Source: a virus. From it: a DNA stretch of 64,000 nucleotides. The DNA is taken from positions 32,001 through 96,000 of IMG/VR virus record IMGVR_UViG_3300045988_172839, one strand, 5' to 3'. Below are positions 56,339 to 64,000 of this stretch, piece after piece; the stretch's first letter is position 1; the number at the start of each line of letters is the position of its first letter. Position numbers and translations under genes: made by a program. A model generated the notes under the pieces. That model did not search any database. It had not been told where the DNA came from and was given only the letters and a program-made list of their open reading frames with translations.

Positions 56339-57309
56339 TAAGAACCTGCTTTCTTACTGCTATCTTCCGTCTCATGTTTTACCTGAGACTTCTTATCCTT
56401 ATTCAAGAGAGTGTTTGGGTCAAATGTAGAATCTTCAAAACCTTTCGGTCTACGAGAAATTTCTTCATCATATTCTTTCAGAATGTTGTTAATAACCGTT
56501 TCACCCTCACTGTACTTAGCGTAGTTGTCTAAGTCCATATCGTTTGAAACAAGCCAACCACCCGCGCCTGTTTTCATCAAGGTAATGTTTACTGTAATGG
56601 TTTTCTTTTGAGCTAATTCAGATTTCCAGTAGTTACTTACATACTCATACAAGAAGTTTCTAGCCTTCGTAGAATCTGCCTCAGTTTTACGATACGAATA
56701 AATACCTTTTAAAAGACCTTCGCGATCCTCTTTCCAAAAATCTTTATTAGACAAGTCCAAGGCTTTCAATTTAACCGTTACACTACTCTTATCATCCGCA
56801 AAAGTCGCCTGATTCTCGATACCCTCAATCTCTAAACTAAGTAGAAATTGTTGGTACATCCCCTTTTTAAAGGACTCGGAGTAAGTGAACTCTGCATCTG
56901 ACTTGAAGTAACCATTTAAGGTTTTCAATACTTGGTCTTTATAAGCATATTTCTGAGCAGTTGCAAAGTCCAAAGTAGATAGAGAACGTAAGAAAGTTCT
57001 TAAAACCTCAGTTTCAGACAAGTTTTGGTCTCCTAAAGCCATACGAGTACCTTCATCAGACCAATAATACCCTTCTCCTGCTTCACCGTACTTACGAATT
57101 AAACGCTTTTGCTCTTCTTCAAATGGAGTTAGTCCTGCGTTTTTATTCTTCGGTTTGTCTACTTGCTCTTCACTTGCTTTCGTCTCTGTGTTCGATTTCT
57201 TAGCTTGGTTACAAGCTCGAACCCCAAATAGTAATAATACAAGAGCAAGAACACCTAGAATGGTGTATCTCAACCCTTTCTTATCCCATAATTCTTTTAT
57301 TTTGTCCAT
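56338..57309 (-). CDS. TM- or lipid-anchored extracytoplasmic protein.
   Basis: 323 aa. N-terminal hydrophobic segment ending ...FGVRACNQ (imperfect lipobox). Confidence 0.55.
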   Translation of the reverse strand: MDKIKELWDKKGLRYTILGVLALVLLLFGVRACNQAKKSNTETKASEEQVDKPKNKNAGLTPFEEEQKRLIRKYGEAGEGYYWSDEGTRMALGDQNLSETEVLRTFLRSLSTLDFATAQKYAYKDQVLKTLNGYFKSDAEFTYSESFKKGMYQQFLLSLEIEGIENQATFADDKSSVTVKLKALDLSNKDFWKEDREGLLKGIYSYRKTEADSTKARNFLYEYVSNYWKSELAQKKTITVNITLMKTGAGGWLVSNDMDLDNYAKYSEGETVINNILKEYDEEISRRPKGFEDSTFDPNTLLNKDKKSQVKHETEDSSKKAGS

Positions 57310-57327
57310 GAAAATCTTACCTCAACC

Positions 57328-58590
57328 TTAAAATTCAAGTGTATCTGGAATAGTTACGAAATCTGAAGATACCGAACCACTTACACTTGCCATATCTGTG
57401 TTTCGACCAGTGATAAAGTTGTAGCGCTCTGGTTCTTCTTGAATCATGTCATACACAACTCTCAAATAGGCAGTAGAGTAATACTCAATACACTCACTAA
57501 AACGCATTTGAAACTCAATTAAAGACTTAATTTCAAACTTGCTTACACTTGTATCTACGTCAGACACCCGTTTCAATCGAGCCAAACTCTCTACTAAGAA
57601 CTCAGTTTGTCGCTCAAATGACCAATCTTTCGCTAAATGGTTAATCTGACGAACCATAGCGTCCTCAGACATGAGGGCGTAGCGTTTCAACTGTCTAATC
57701 TTCTTGTCTTGCTCTTCTTTAGCTAAGTAGCGAACTTCTCTGATACGACTCAAGGAAAGTTGTCTTTGTGGGTATTCCCCTTCAGCAATTCCTAAATCAT
57801 AGAAAGTTAAAAGCAACCGTGTGAGACCTTTCATAATCTTCACTTTGCTCTCTTGGTAAACCGAAGCAGCAGACAAAGAATACCCTACAGTCTCAAAATC
57901 TTCTAAGAGCAATGAACCTGTATAAAGTTGAACTGCTATCGAAGTGTCCGCAGTAATATTAAACTCTCGTAAAGACCCACCTACACGATGTGCATCAATC
58001 GTTACAATACCTTGTTTGGACTTCTCTTTGAGCTTAGAAACGTAACCGTTTACTACGGATACCGGGAGAACCATGTACTCCCCTTCTACGAAAGAAACCT
58101 TTTTTCTAGGAAAGGATAGTTTACCTTTAGACATACTAATTGTAGGGAAAGCAAGTAACCCTTGGTTTAAAGTGTCTCCGAAATCCTTGTAAATCTTACT
58201 CAAACTAGTCTTTTGTCGGTCAGTTACTTCAACTGCACTCTCCAATAAAGGCAAAGCCAAAGAACCAAAGCGAACATCTTGTTTTCCTAAATTAAATCCT
58301 TGCAACTCTTTCGATTTATGTGGCGAAGTCACTACATAACAATAAGTGTTAGCGAGCAACCACAAAGCAAAACGCAAGTCCTCAAACTTTTTAGAAGAGC
58401 CAATCTCAAAAGGCAAGTCATGGAGAGCTTGCGCTCGCATTTTCGCAATTAAGAGTTCTAATTGCGTTCCAGATACCGAGAAGCTAGGATTGAAACCCTC
58501 AGAGTTTAAAAACCCTAACGGTTTCCCTTGCTCTGCTAGGAACTCTCCCACCTTCCATAACAACTGCTCTTGTTCAATTTTAAATACCAA
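57328..58590 (-). CDS. Hypothetical protein.
   Basis: 420-aa ORF. Confidence 0.6.
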   Translation of the reverse strand: MVFKIEQEQLLWKVGEFLAEQGKPLGFLNSEGFNPSFSVSGTQLELLIAKMRAQALHDLPFEIGSSKKFEDLRFALWLLANTYCYVVTSPHKSKELQGFNLGKQDVRFGSLALPLLESAVEVTDRQKTSLSKIYKDFGDTLNQGLLAFPTISMSKGKLSFPRKKVSFVEGEYMVLPVSVVNGYVSKLKEKSKQGIVTIDAHRVGGSLREFNITADTSIAVQLYTGSLLLEDFETVGYSLSAASVYQESKVKIMKGLTRLLLTFYDLGIAEGEYPQRQLSLSRIREVRYLAKEEQDKKIRQLKRYALMSEDAMVRQINHLAKDWSFERQTEFLVESLARLKRVSDVDTSVSKFEIKSLIEFQMRFSECIEYYSTAYLRVVYDMIQEEPERYNFITGRNTDMASVSGSVSSDFVTIPDTLEF

Positions 58591-58608
58591 TCGTCTAAAC
58601 CACCTATT

Positions 58609-59913
58609 CTAATCTGTAATCTTCTGCATCAACTTAGCAAACTCAATTCTTGGAATCTCACTTGTAAAATCTGGTAAACCTTCTTGAATACAGTTGAACA
58701 AGTTGTCACTGTACAAGACATACAAGAAACCAAAGTAAAGCTCAAATGGTAAATAACTCTCATAAAAACTTACATAAGCATCTGCTGAAATTTGTTTTGT
58801 TTTAGCGTAAAGGTCTGAAAACTCAGAGCTATTCCCCACCGGTCCGTAAAACCAAATATTTAAGAAATTTAGTTGAACCTCTAAACCAACCTTAAGTACA
58901 GATTTAAATACACTATCAATTTCAGTCGTAGGTAAGTTTATAACCCCACCTTTAGCTAAGATGTACAGAAAAACTGCTTCACCATACGTCAAATAGTGTG
59001 TTAAACCCCACTCAACTTGAACGTTACCGATATCATACTGAACACCTTTACTTGCAAACTGTTTGTAAGCATTTTCTCTTAATACAGAACCATTCAAGTG
59101 CAAGTACATAGAACCACCCACACCGTACTGATAAGGTAAATACCCCTTTAGTTGAGCATCAATAATAGCACGTGCATCTTCTACATCTACACTACTATCA
59201 AAATCCTCATAAACTTCAAGTGGACTTTCAACCTCCACCAACAAATGAGAAGGTACATTACCGATAAAGTTTTTAGAGTTCCCTTCTAATAGTTGCTTGC
59301 GCAACGACTCCCAAGACTGACGAAACTCAGAGCTATCTTTACGAGAACTCAACAAATCTTCCATTTCATCAGAAATGCGAGCAAGAGAACCACCGTTTGA
59401 ACCCTCATTGAGAGCTAATTCTAGCTCTTCCAAAGATTTAATATTAGACTTAACCTCTTCAATAAACTCTGTTTGGTCTTCTGTTAAATCAATAGAGTCT
59501 TTATCAATCAAGCGGTCTGCGACCGATTTGAAATTGGATACCCCTTTGAGAAGTCCTCGCTTGTCTGTGAAGACACCTTCAACTCTGAAAATAATTCCAC
59601 CTTCAGAAGTATTTAACTCCAAATCATAATCAGATAAATCATCATCTTGTGCAACTCGTAGGGTACTTAAACATTCCCAAAGATTATCACTAACCGCCAG
59701 AGGAAATGAAGAACCTTGTATAATTGTAAAAGTCAACTCCTCATCAGACTTCAACTGCTTCTCAACCTCAGCTTGCACTGACTTTTTCTTAAATTGTCGA
59801 GAAATGTTGGATACCGCAAGAGCTAATGCGTAACCACTTGGACTATAAGAATAACTTGTGTCCGTAGGGTTTGCAATATCTAACAAAGCCAAAACAACCA
59901 TTTTGTTTTGCAT
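58609..59913 (-). CDS. Hypothetical protein.
   Basis: 434-aa ORF. Confidence 0.6.
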   Translation of the reverse strand: MQNKMVVLALLDIANPTDTSYSYSPSGYALALAVSNISRQFKKKSVQAEVEKQLKSDEELTFTIIQGSSFPLAVSDNLWECLSTLRVAQDDDLSDYDLELNTSEGGIIFRVEGVFTDKRGLLKGVSNFKSVADRLIDKDSIDLTEDQTEFIEEVKSNIKSLEELELALNEGSNGGSLARISDEMEDLLSSRKDSSEFRQSWESLRKQLLEGNSKNFIGNVPSHLLVEVESPLEVYEDFDSSVDVEDARAIIDAQLKGYLPYQYGVGGSMYLHLNGSVLRENAYKQFASKGVQYDIGNVQVEWGLTHYLTYGEAVFLYILAKGGVINLPTTEIDSVFKSVLKVGLEVQLNFLNIWFYGPVGNSSEFSDLYAKTKQISADAYVSFYESYLPFELYFGFLYVLYSDNLFNCIQEGLPDFTSEIPRIEFAKLMQKITD

Positions 59914-59916
59914 TTT

Positions 59917-60381
59917 CTACCACCTGTTTTCTTTCTGTATACTATTCAACGTACTCCAAAAGTTCTCTAACTCCCCAACCTCAGAAAAGATGGAACGTAA
60001 GTCCTCAGATATTTTCAACTCCAAGAAAGGTAGAGACAAACCCCCAAACCCTTCATGCAAAGTATCTAAGCTAAAGCGACCCTTTTCTGTACTTGGTACA
60101 ACTATGGAAATACTGCTTTGAATATCAAGTCCTCCAAATTTAGAGGAGATCACACTTTTTACACAGTAGGAAACTTCTCCAAGTCTTGCTCCGATTTTTG
60201 ATTGACTAGGTAGGATACCCTCAACTTCTAGTGGGTAAGAACCACCTACGCTGAAATAAACCGGTAAGAGCTTAAAGTCAGAACCTAGATAGTGAACCAA
60301 TTCAATATCCTCTGAGTCCAACTGCCTAAAGGACGAAGCTGCTAACTGCAGACCTCTTCCACAACTAACTATCCGAGTCAA
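59917..60381 (-). CDS. Hypothetical protein.
   Basis: 154-aa ORF that overlaps the upstream gene by 17 nt. Confidence 0.5.
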   Translation of the reverse strand: MTRIVSCGRGLQLAASSFRQLDSEDIELVHYLGSDFKLLPVYFSVGGSYPLEVEGILPSQSKIGARLGEVSYCVKSVISSKFGGLDIQSSISIVVPSTEKGRFSLDTLHEGFGGLSLPFLELKISEDLRSIFSEVGELENFWSTLNSIQKENRW

Positions 60382-61591
60382 CGAGCGAGACTCCTTTCTG
60401 TTCTAATCTATCTAAACTACGCTTAATCAATTCTGTACGAGTTGGAGCTAAAGGTATTAACAACCCCTCTCCACCAAAGTACCTACCAAACATCTGAGAA
60501 AACTCTTTTAAATACTCTTCTAAGTGAACGTTCTTACTATGAAGTTGAGACTTGCTAACCATTTTGTAGAAAATCTCTTGTTTACCTTCTTCATTTCTTA
60601 GATAATATGGAGTTGCGCCCGCAAAGGATACCCTTGTAAACTCTCCACCCAAACCTTTGAAACAATTTGTGTTAGGTAGTGGTTTATCATTGTCGTAATC
60701 CCAACAAATATAGTTGTAATACAATGGGTAACTCTTTAAACCACCTCGTGAAAATGAGATTTTAAAAGGTGTAATACTCCTAACCATCAAGTCTGGGTCT
60801 TCTTTTTTGTACTTCTCTAACACCTTAGTTTGTCCTTTTAATAAATCCTCATAAACCAAGGAATAGGGAAAGTCTCCTTTGTCTGTTCGCAGAGAATCTA
60901 AGACCTTACTTATTTTCTCATTTTGAACCTCGATTGAACCTTTTAAAATCAAAGGCACTAAAGAAGACTCTTGTTTTCTAGTTACTCCACTTAGAAAAGT
61001 CCAACCTATAGGTAGGGATACCCCTTGCTCTTTAGCGACCTTTGTTAGAAATCGATAATACACATTATGTAAAGACTCTTCAACCTCAGTGTATCCGTCA
61101 TGAACCGAAATCTCATCATTCAAGGTTTTAGGCAACCATAAAGGTACTTCTCCTTTTTGTTTACCTTCAGAAACTTTGACTTGACGAGTTTGAGCTTTAT
61201 CTTTTAAAAACCCCCTATTTCTCAAGTCATTAAAGGAATATAAATTTTCTAAATAGTCCACTTCTTGCTTGTACTGTAAGTAAGAGACAACCAAGGTTAA
61301 ACCAACTTGAAAAGGATGATTAGTTTTTACAACCTTCTGAACATACTCCAAATAATTGAGATTTAACACCAAAGATACCGCACTGCGCTTATCTGTATAG
61401 TTAGTAAAACCTAAGTCTTTTAACTGAGCTACAACATATTGAGACAACTCAAATTTACGCACAATAGTAGGAGAGTAAGTTATTCCGTAGTCGTACAACA
61501 TAACCTTTAGGACTTCAACTGCGCTACGCATCTGCAAGTAACGATTGTACAAGTCTTTTGGTGTAATCTTTGTTTTCAATACACTGTTCAT
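60365..61591 (-). CDS. Hypothetical protein.
   Basis: 408-aa ORF. Confidence 0.6.
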   Translation of the reverse strand: MNSVLKTKITPKDLYNRYLQMRSAVEVLKVMLYDYGITYSPTIVRKFELSQYVVAQLKDLGFTNYTDKRSAVSLVLNLNYLEYVQKVVKTNHPFQVGLTLVVSYLQYKQEVDYLENLYSFNDLRNRGFLKDKAQTRQVKVSEGKQKGEVPLWLPKTLNDEISVHDGYTEVEESLHNVYYRFLTKVAKEQGVSLPIGWTFLSGVTRKQESSLVPLILKGSIEVQNEKISKVLDSLRTDKGDFPYSLVYEDLLKGQTKVLEKYKKEDPDLMVRSITPFKISFSRGGLKSYPLYYNYICWDYDNDKPLPNTNCFKGLGGEFTRVSFAGATPYYLRNEEGKQEIFYKMVSKSQLHSKNVHLEEYLKEFSQMFGRYFGGEGLLIPLAPTRTELIKRSLDRLEQKGVSLVDSDS

Positions 61592-61962
61592 AGACTTACC
61601 ACCATTATTTCTTGCACAATCACACCATCTGGTGTAGGAGTTTCCATACGAGAAAATCCTTGAAGTTTACTGCTTCTTAACCACTGCTCTCTCAATACTT
61701 GGTATGTTTTAGCAGACAGAGGGTTTGCACATTTACAACCCTCTTTTTCATTATAAACAGTTACCGCAACCGAAGTGGATACCCCTTTGAGATATAAAAT
61801 AGAGAACACTTGAACAGGTCTATATCGTAGAAGAGTATTGCTATCTAAGTCTTCTAAGTCCATTTTCTTGATTAAACTGTGACTCTTATGTGCTAAGGTA
61901 TAAACCTTAGAACCTACAATGAACTCAACCCCAGCATTAAAAGGTTTGCTACGAACTAACAT
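61588..61962 (-). CDS. Hypothetical protein.
   Basis: 124-aa ORF, first after the promoter at 62009-62037. Confidence 0.55.
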   Translation of the reverse strand: MLVRSKPFNAGVEFIVGSKVYTLAHKSHSLIKKMDLEDLDSNTLLRYRPVQVFSILYLKGVSTSVAVTVYNEKEGCKCANPLSAKTYQVLREQWLRSSKLQGFSRMETPTPDGVIVQEIMVVSL

Positions 61963-62008
61963 CTTCCACTTCCTTCTCTAATCTAAACTCTAAATTGCAT
62001 TTTTCTCA

Positions 62009-62037
62009 ATTTTACCATATTTAGAGGGAAAATGCAA
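62009..62037 (-). promoter_or_regulatory. Sigma-A type promoter TTGCAT-17-(TG)-TAAAAT.
   Basis: -35 at 62032-62037 and -10 at 62009-62014. Confidence 0.55.
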
Positions 62038-62060
62038 GATTTAGACGATAAAGAAATGAT

Positions 62061-63626
62061 TTATTTATTGGCAAGTTGTTCTTCAAACTTAGTAGTGAAT
62101 GTATTAAACACATTCATTAAGTCACTCAGAGACACACGTGGGTCAAGGATACCAAAGTAAAATCTCTCGATATTTGAGTAATCTGTCTCTAACTTCTCTC
62201 CTGACATAGTGAGAGCTGAACCATTACCAAAGTGATAAGGTTTACTATACTTACTAAATACTACACCACCGATAAATTTTACATCGTTTGTCCGAGGATT
62301 TTGTTTTTCTGCAAACCAAGATAACTTGTTATAAGCTAATTGGAAATCTAACTCACTTGTTGTATTCACTAAAGCAGAGTGAACCATTTCACCATATCCG
62401 TCTAAAGTGGCTTGTAGAGTAGCTACCCTTTCAAAGAAAGCAGACTCCATAAATTTTAAGATAAGGTCTTTCTCTTGAAGTAAAAGACCATGTTCACTAA
62501 CCATAGAACCTTTAATAGATGACCAGGCACCTTTATCTTTATCTTGTTCACTAATGTAAGGCACTAAATCCCCTAAAAGAGAGTACATATTGTACAAAGA
62601 TACCGCTCCGAAGGTGTTCTCCATAAATCGGTAACGTAAGTTGTGCGCTCTTTGTTGCTCCAATTCTTTTAAGAACTGCAAACGAAGAGAGACAGGTAAA
62701 GGCATGTTTAAACTATTAAACTCTCGAACAAACTTCAACAAATACTCAATCTTAGAAGTTGGTTTCGCAAAACCACCATCTACCAAACTTTGCCAAAAGC
62801 TAGGTAAGGCAAAGCCGAAATTCTTCTGATACCCTAACTGTTGACTATAAGAGTAAGCATAAGTCAACATTTCATTGAAATAGCGAGTACGGAAGCGTAC
62901 CAACTGATTTTGTACTTGACCTTCAATATTGAAGAAGTCTTGCACACAGTCTACTCCAAACTTCAAAACTTCTCCTGTGGCCTCTTCTTCGGCAACGAAT
63001 TCCCATTTAATGTCGTGACCTAATGTACATTTAGCGCCTATTTCAAAGTAGTTTAGCTCCTTGAAGAACCACGTTCCACCACCCATTAGAGTTGCTAGTT
63101 TTGCTGCTTTTTCTCTAAAGTAATCGGTGTCAGTATTTAACTCTAATTCAATTCTTTGAAGTCCTTCTTCATAAAAACTCTCTTGTAAGAACCAACGAGA
63201 CAAAAGTTTTCTCTTCTCTTCACTAAAAGTCTCAGAAAAATAGCGAACATAAGAGGATACCACTGGGTATTGTGAACCTTGGAAGTTCTTTAATACTGTA
63301 CTTGTTGTACGAGCTAAAACTGGAACCTTAATCGAACTGTTTTCACCCTCTTCAAAGTAAAGACCACTCTCTTTAATATGGTTCAAAACTTGTTCCGACA
63401 AGACTCTACTTTTATCAATAAAGGCAGTTGGTACACTAAAGGACTTTAGTTTCTTACCACTCTGCATATAAAATCCGTAGCGGTCTTTTTCTTTAAAGTG
63501 AATACAAACCACCTGTCTCGGACTCTCAACTCCAACATCAGCTAAGCTCTCAAACTCAGTTAATAGTTTAGCTCCACCATCTGTTAAGTGACTTTCAATC
63601 TCTCTAACTGGTTTTCGACTAACCAT
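62061..63626 (-). CDS. Hypothetical protein.
   Basis: 521-aa ORF. Confidence 0.6.
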   Translation of the reverse strand: MVSRKPVREIESHLTDGGAKLLTEFESLADVGVESPRQVVCIHFKEKDRYGFYMQSGKKLKSFSVPTAFIDKSRVLSEQVLNHIKESGLYFEEGENSSIKVPVLARTTSTVLKNFQGSQYPVVSSYVRYFSETFSEEKRKLLSRWFLQESFYEEGLQRIELELNTDTDYFREKAAKLATLMGGGTWFFKELNYFEIGAKCTLGHDIKWEFVAEEEATGEVLKFGVDCVQDFFNIEGQVQNQLVRFRTRYFNEMLTYAYSYSQQLGYQKNFGFALPSFWQSLVDGGFAKPTSKIEYLLKFVREFNSLNMPLPVSLRLQFLKELEQQRAHNLRYRFMENTFGAVSLYNMYSLLGDLVPYISEQDKDKGAWSSIKGSMVSEHGLLLQEKDLILKFMESAFFERVATLQATLDGYGEMVHSALVNTTSELDFQLAYNKLSWFAEKQNPRTNDVKFIGGVVFSKYSKPYHFGNGSALTMSGEKLETDYSNIERFYFGILDPRVSLSDLMNVFNTFTTKFEEQLANK

Positions 63627-63984
63627 AAGCTACACCCCATTTCTCGAACGTCCCATCTCCTTTAGACAAGGAACGTAGAATAACCTTCCATTGGTCAAAC
63701 TGAACTTTTTCTTCTAAGACTAGAGCCAAGCGAGAAAAATCAAGCGGATACCCTAACTGGTAAGCTTGTTTTAGAACGGTGTATAAAGCTCTGAAGAACT
63801 TGTCCTCTAAAACATCTGGGGAATTTGTTTGAATGTAACGTGTAAAACGTTCATAATCTACTACGAAATGTAAAGGACTGTTTTCAAACAATTCAACTAC
63901 ACCTTCATCCGAGACTGTAGACAAAACCAAACTAGAAGACAAGCGTTTTAGACGAAAACGCAAAATGTCTTCTTCCAAATACAC
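63619..63984 (-). CDS. Hypothetical protein.
   Basis: 121-aa ORF with a GTG start. It overlaps the downstream gene by 8 nt. Confidence 0.5.
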   Translation of the reverse strand: MYLEEDILRFRLKRLSSSLVLSTVSDEGVVELFENSPLHFVVDYERFTRYIQTNSPDVLEDKFFRALYTVLKQAYQLGYPLDFSRLALVLEEKVQFDQWKVILRSLSKGDGTFEKWGVAYG

Positions 63985-64000
63985 TAAACCATAACCTACT

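Larger units (their letters stand above)
427..63755 (-). repeat. Dispersed, strand-polar short motif: 5'-[C/G]GGTATC-3' on the minus strand (GATACC[C/G] on plus). About 108 copies by hand count, about half extended to GGATACC[C/G].
   Basis: Read directly from the sequence. Examples on the plus strand: 427-434, 977-984, 3858-3865, 5383-5390, 6048-6055, 9001-9008, 9350-9357, 10727-10734, 12985-12992, 16728-16735, 20194-20201, 24190-24197, 31022-31029, 39138-39145, 47411-47418, 52547-52554, 59537-59544, 63748-63755. The reverse orientation (GGTATC on plus) was seen only at 11613, 12588, 14817, 29394, 40393 and 53905. Confidence 0.85.

Noticed and set aside
3242-63023. All plus-strand ORFs in the track, for example 3242..3433, 5792..6235, 22047..22460, 23727..24458, 44724..45131, 46888..47394, 52757..53125 and 58346..58612.
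   Set aside because: Each lies entirely antisense within a longer minus-strand gene that has recognisable motifs or good RBS and coupling. None has a convincing RBS or promoter. Several are low-complexity mirror images of acidic or serine-rich regions. I treat them as shadow ORFs.
427-63755. Codon usage or dipeptide bias as the explanation for GGTATC enrichment.
   Set aside because: The word occurs in all three reading frames (Gly-Ile, Val-Ser, x-Tyr-x) and in non-coding DNA. The flanking seventh base is constrained to C/G regardless of frame. A single codon pair cannot produce this.
427-63755. Restriction-site logic. GGATAC is the complement of GTATCC, which I recall as the BciVI/BfuI Type IIS site. 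A uniform orientation would evade Type III/ISP enzymes.
   Set aside because: Avoidance strategies deplete or orient sites. They do not enrich sites about 10-fold or space them evenly. I keep this only as a possible side benefit, not as the explanation.
1-64000. A prophage or phage genome interpretation.
   Set aside because: I recognise no terminase, portal, capsid, tail or holin signatures. The VirB4-like ATPase, the FtsK-like coupling ATPase, the wall hydrolase and the polytopic membrane proteins indicate a conjugative apparatus instead.

Overview
This is a low-GC, Firmicutes-style 64-kb segment. Every credible gene is on the minus strand: about 68 CDSs, including one unlisted 57-aa ORF and one ORF truncated by the window edge. 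The genes sit in operons bounded by hairpin terminators and near-consensus sigma-A promoters (TTGnnn, 17 bp, TAnAAT). The gene content points to a large conjugative element (plasmid or ICE), not a phage. A Gram-positive type IV secretion module spans about 21-47 kb. It includes an FtsK/SpoIIIE-like coupling ATPase, a VirB4-like ATPase, an SGNH+CHAP wall hydrolase, a VirB6-like polytopic protein and many TM-anchored proteins. An IS607-family insertion (serine recombinase + TnpB, about 27.5-29.6 kb) interrupts this module. Replication and recombination genes are also present: a DnaB-like helicase, a stand-alone CHC2 primase-type zinc-finger protein, a RuvC-like nuclease, a DnaX-like clamp-loader ATPase, an SNF2 helicase, a ParB-HNH nuclease and a metallophosphoesterase. 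More than 30 ORFs have no motif I can recognise. I saw no rRNA, tRNA or CRISPR. The most unusual signal is at the DNA level. The heptamer GATACC[C/G] on the + strand (5'-[C/G]GGTATC-3' on the coding strand) occurs about 108 times by hand count, against about 6 for its reverse complement. It falls in all three reading frames and is conspicuously evenly spaced, with almost no gaps under 200 bp. None of the annotated features explains this polar motif.
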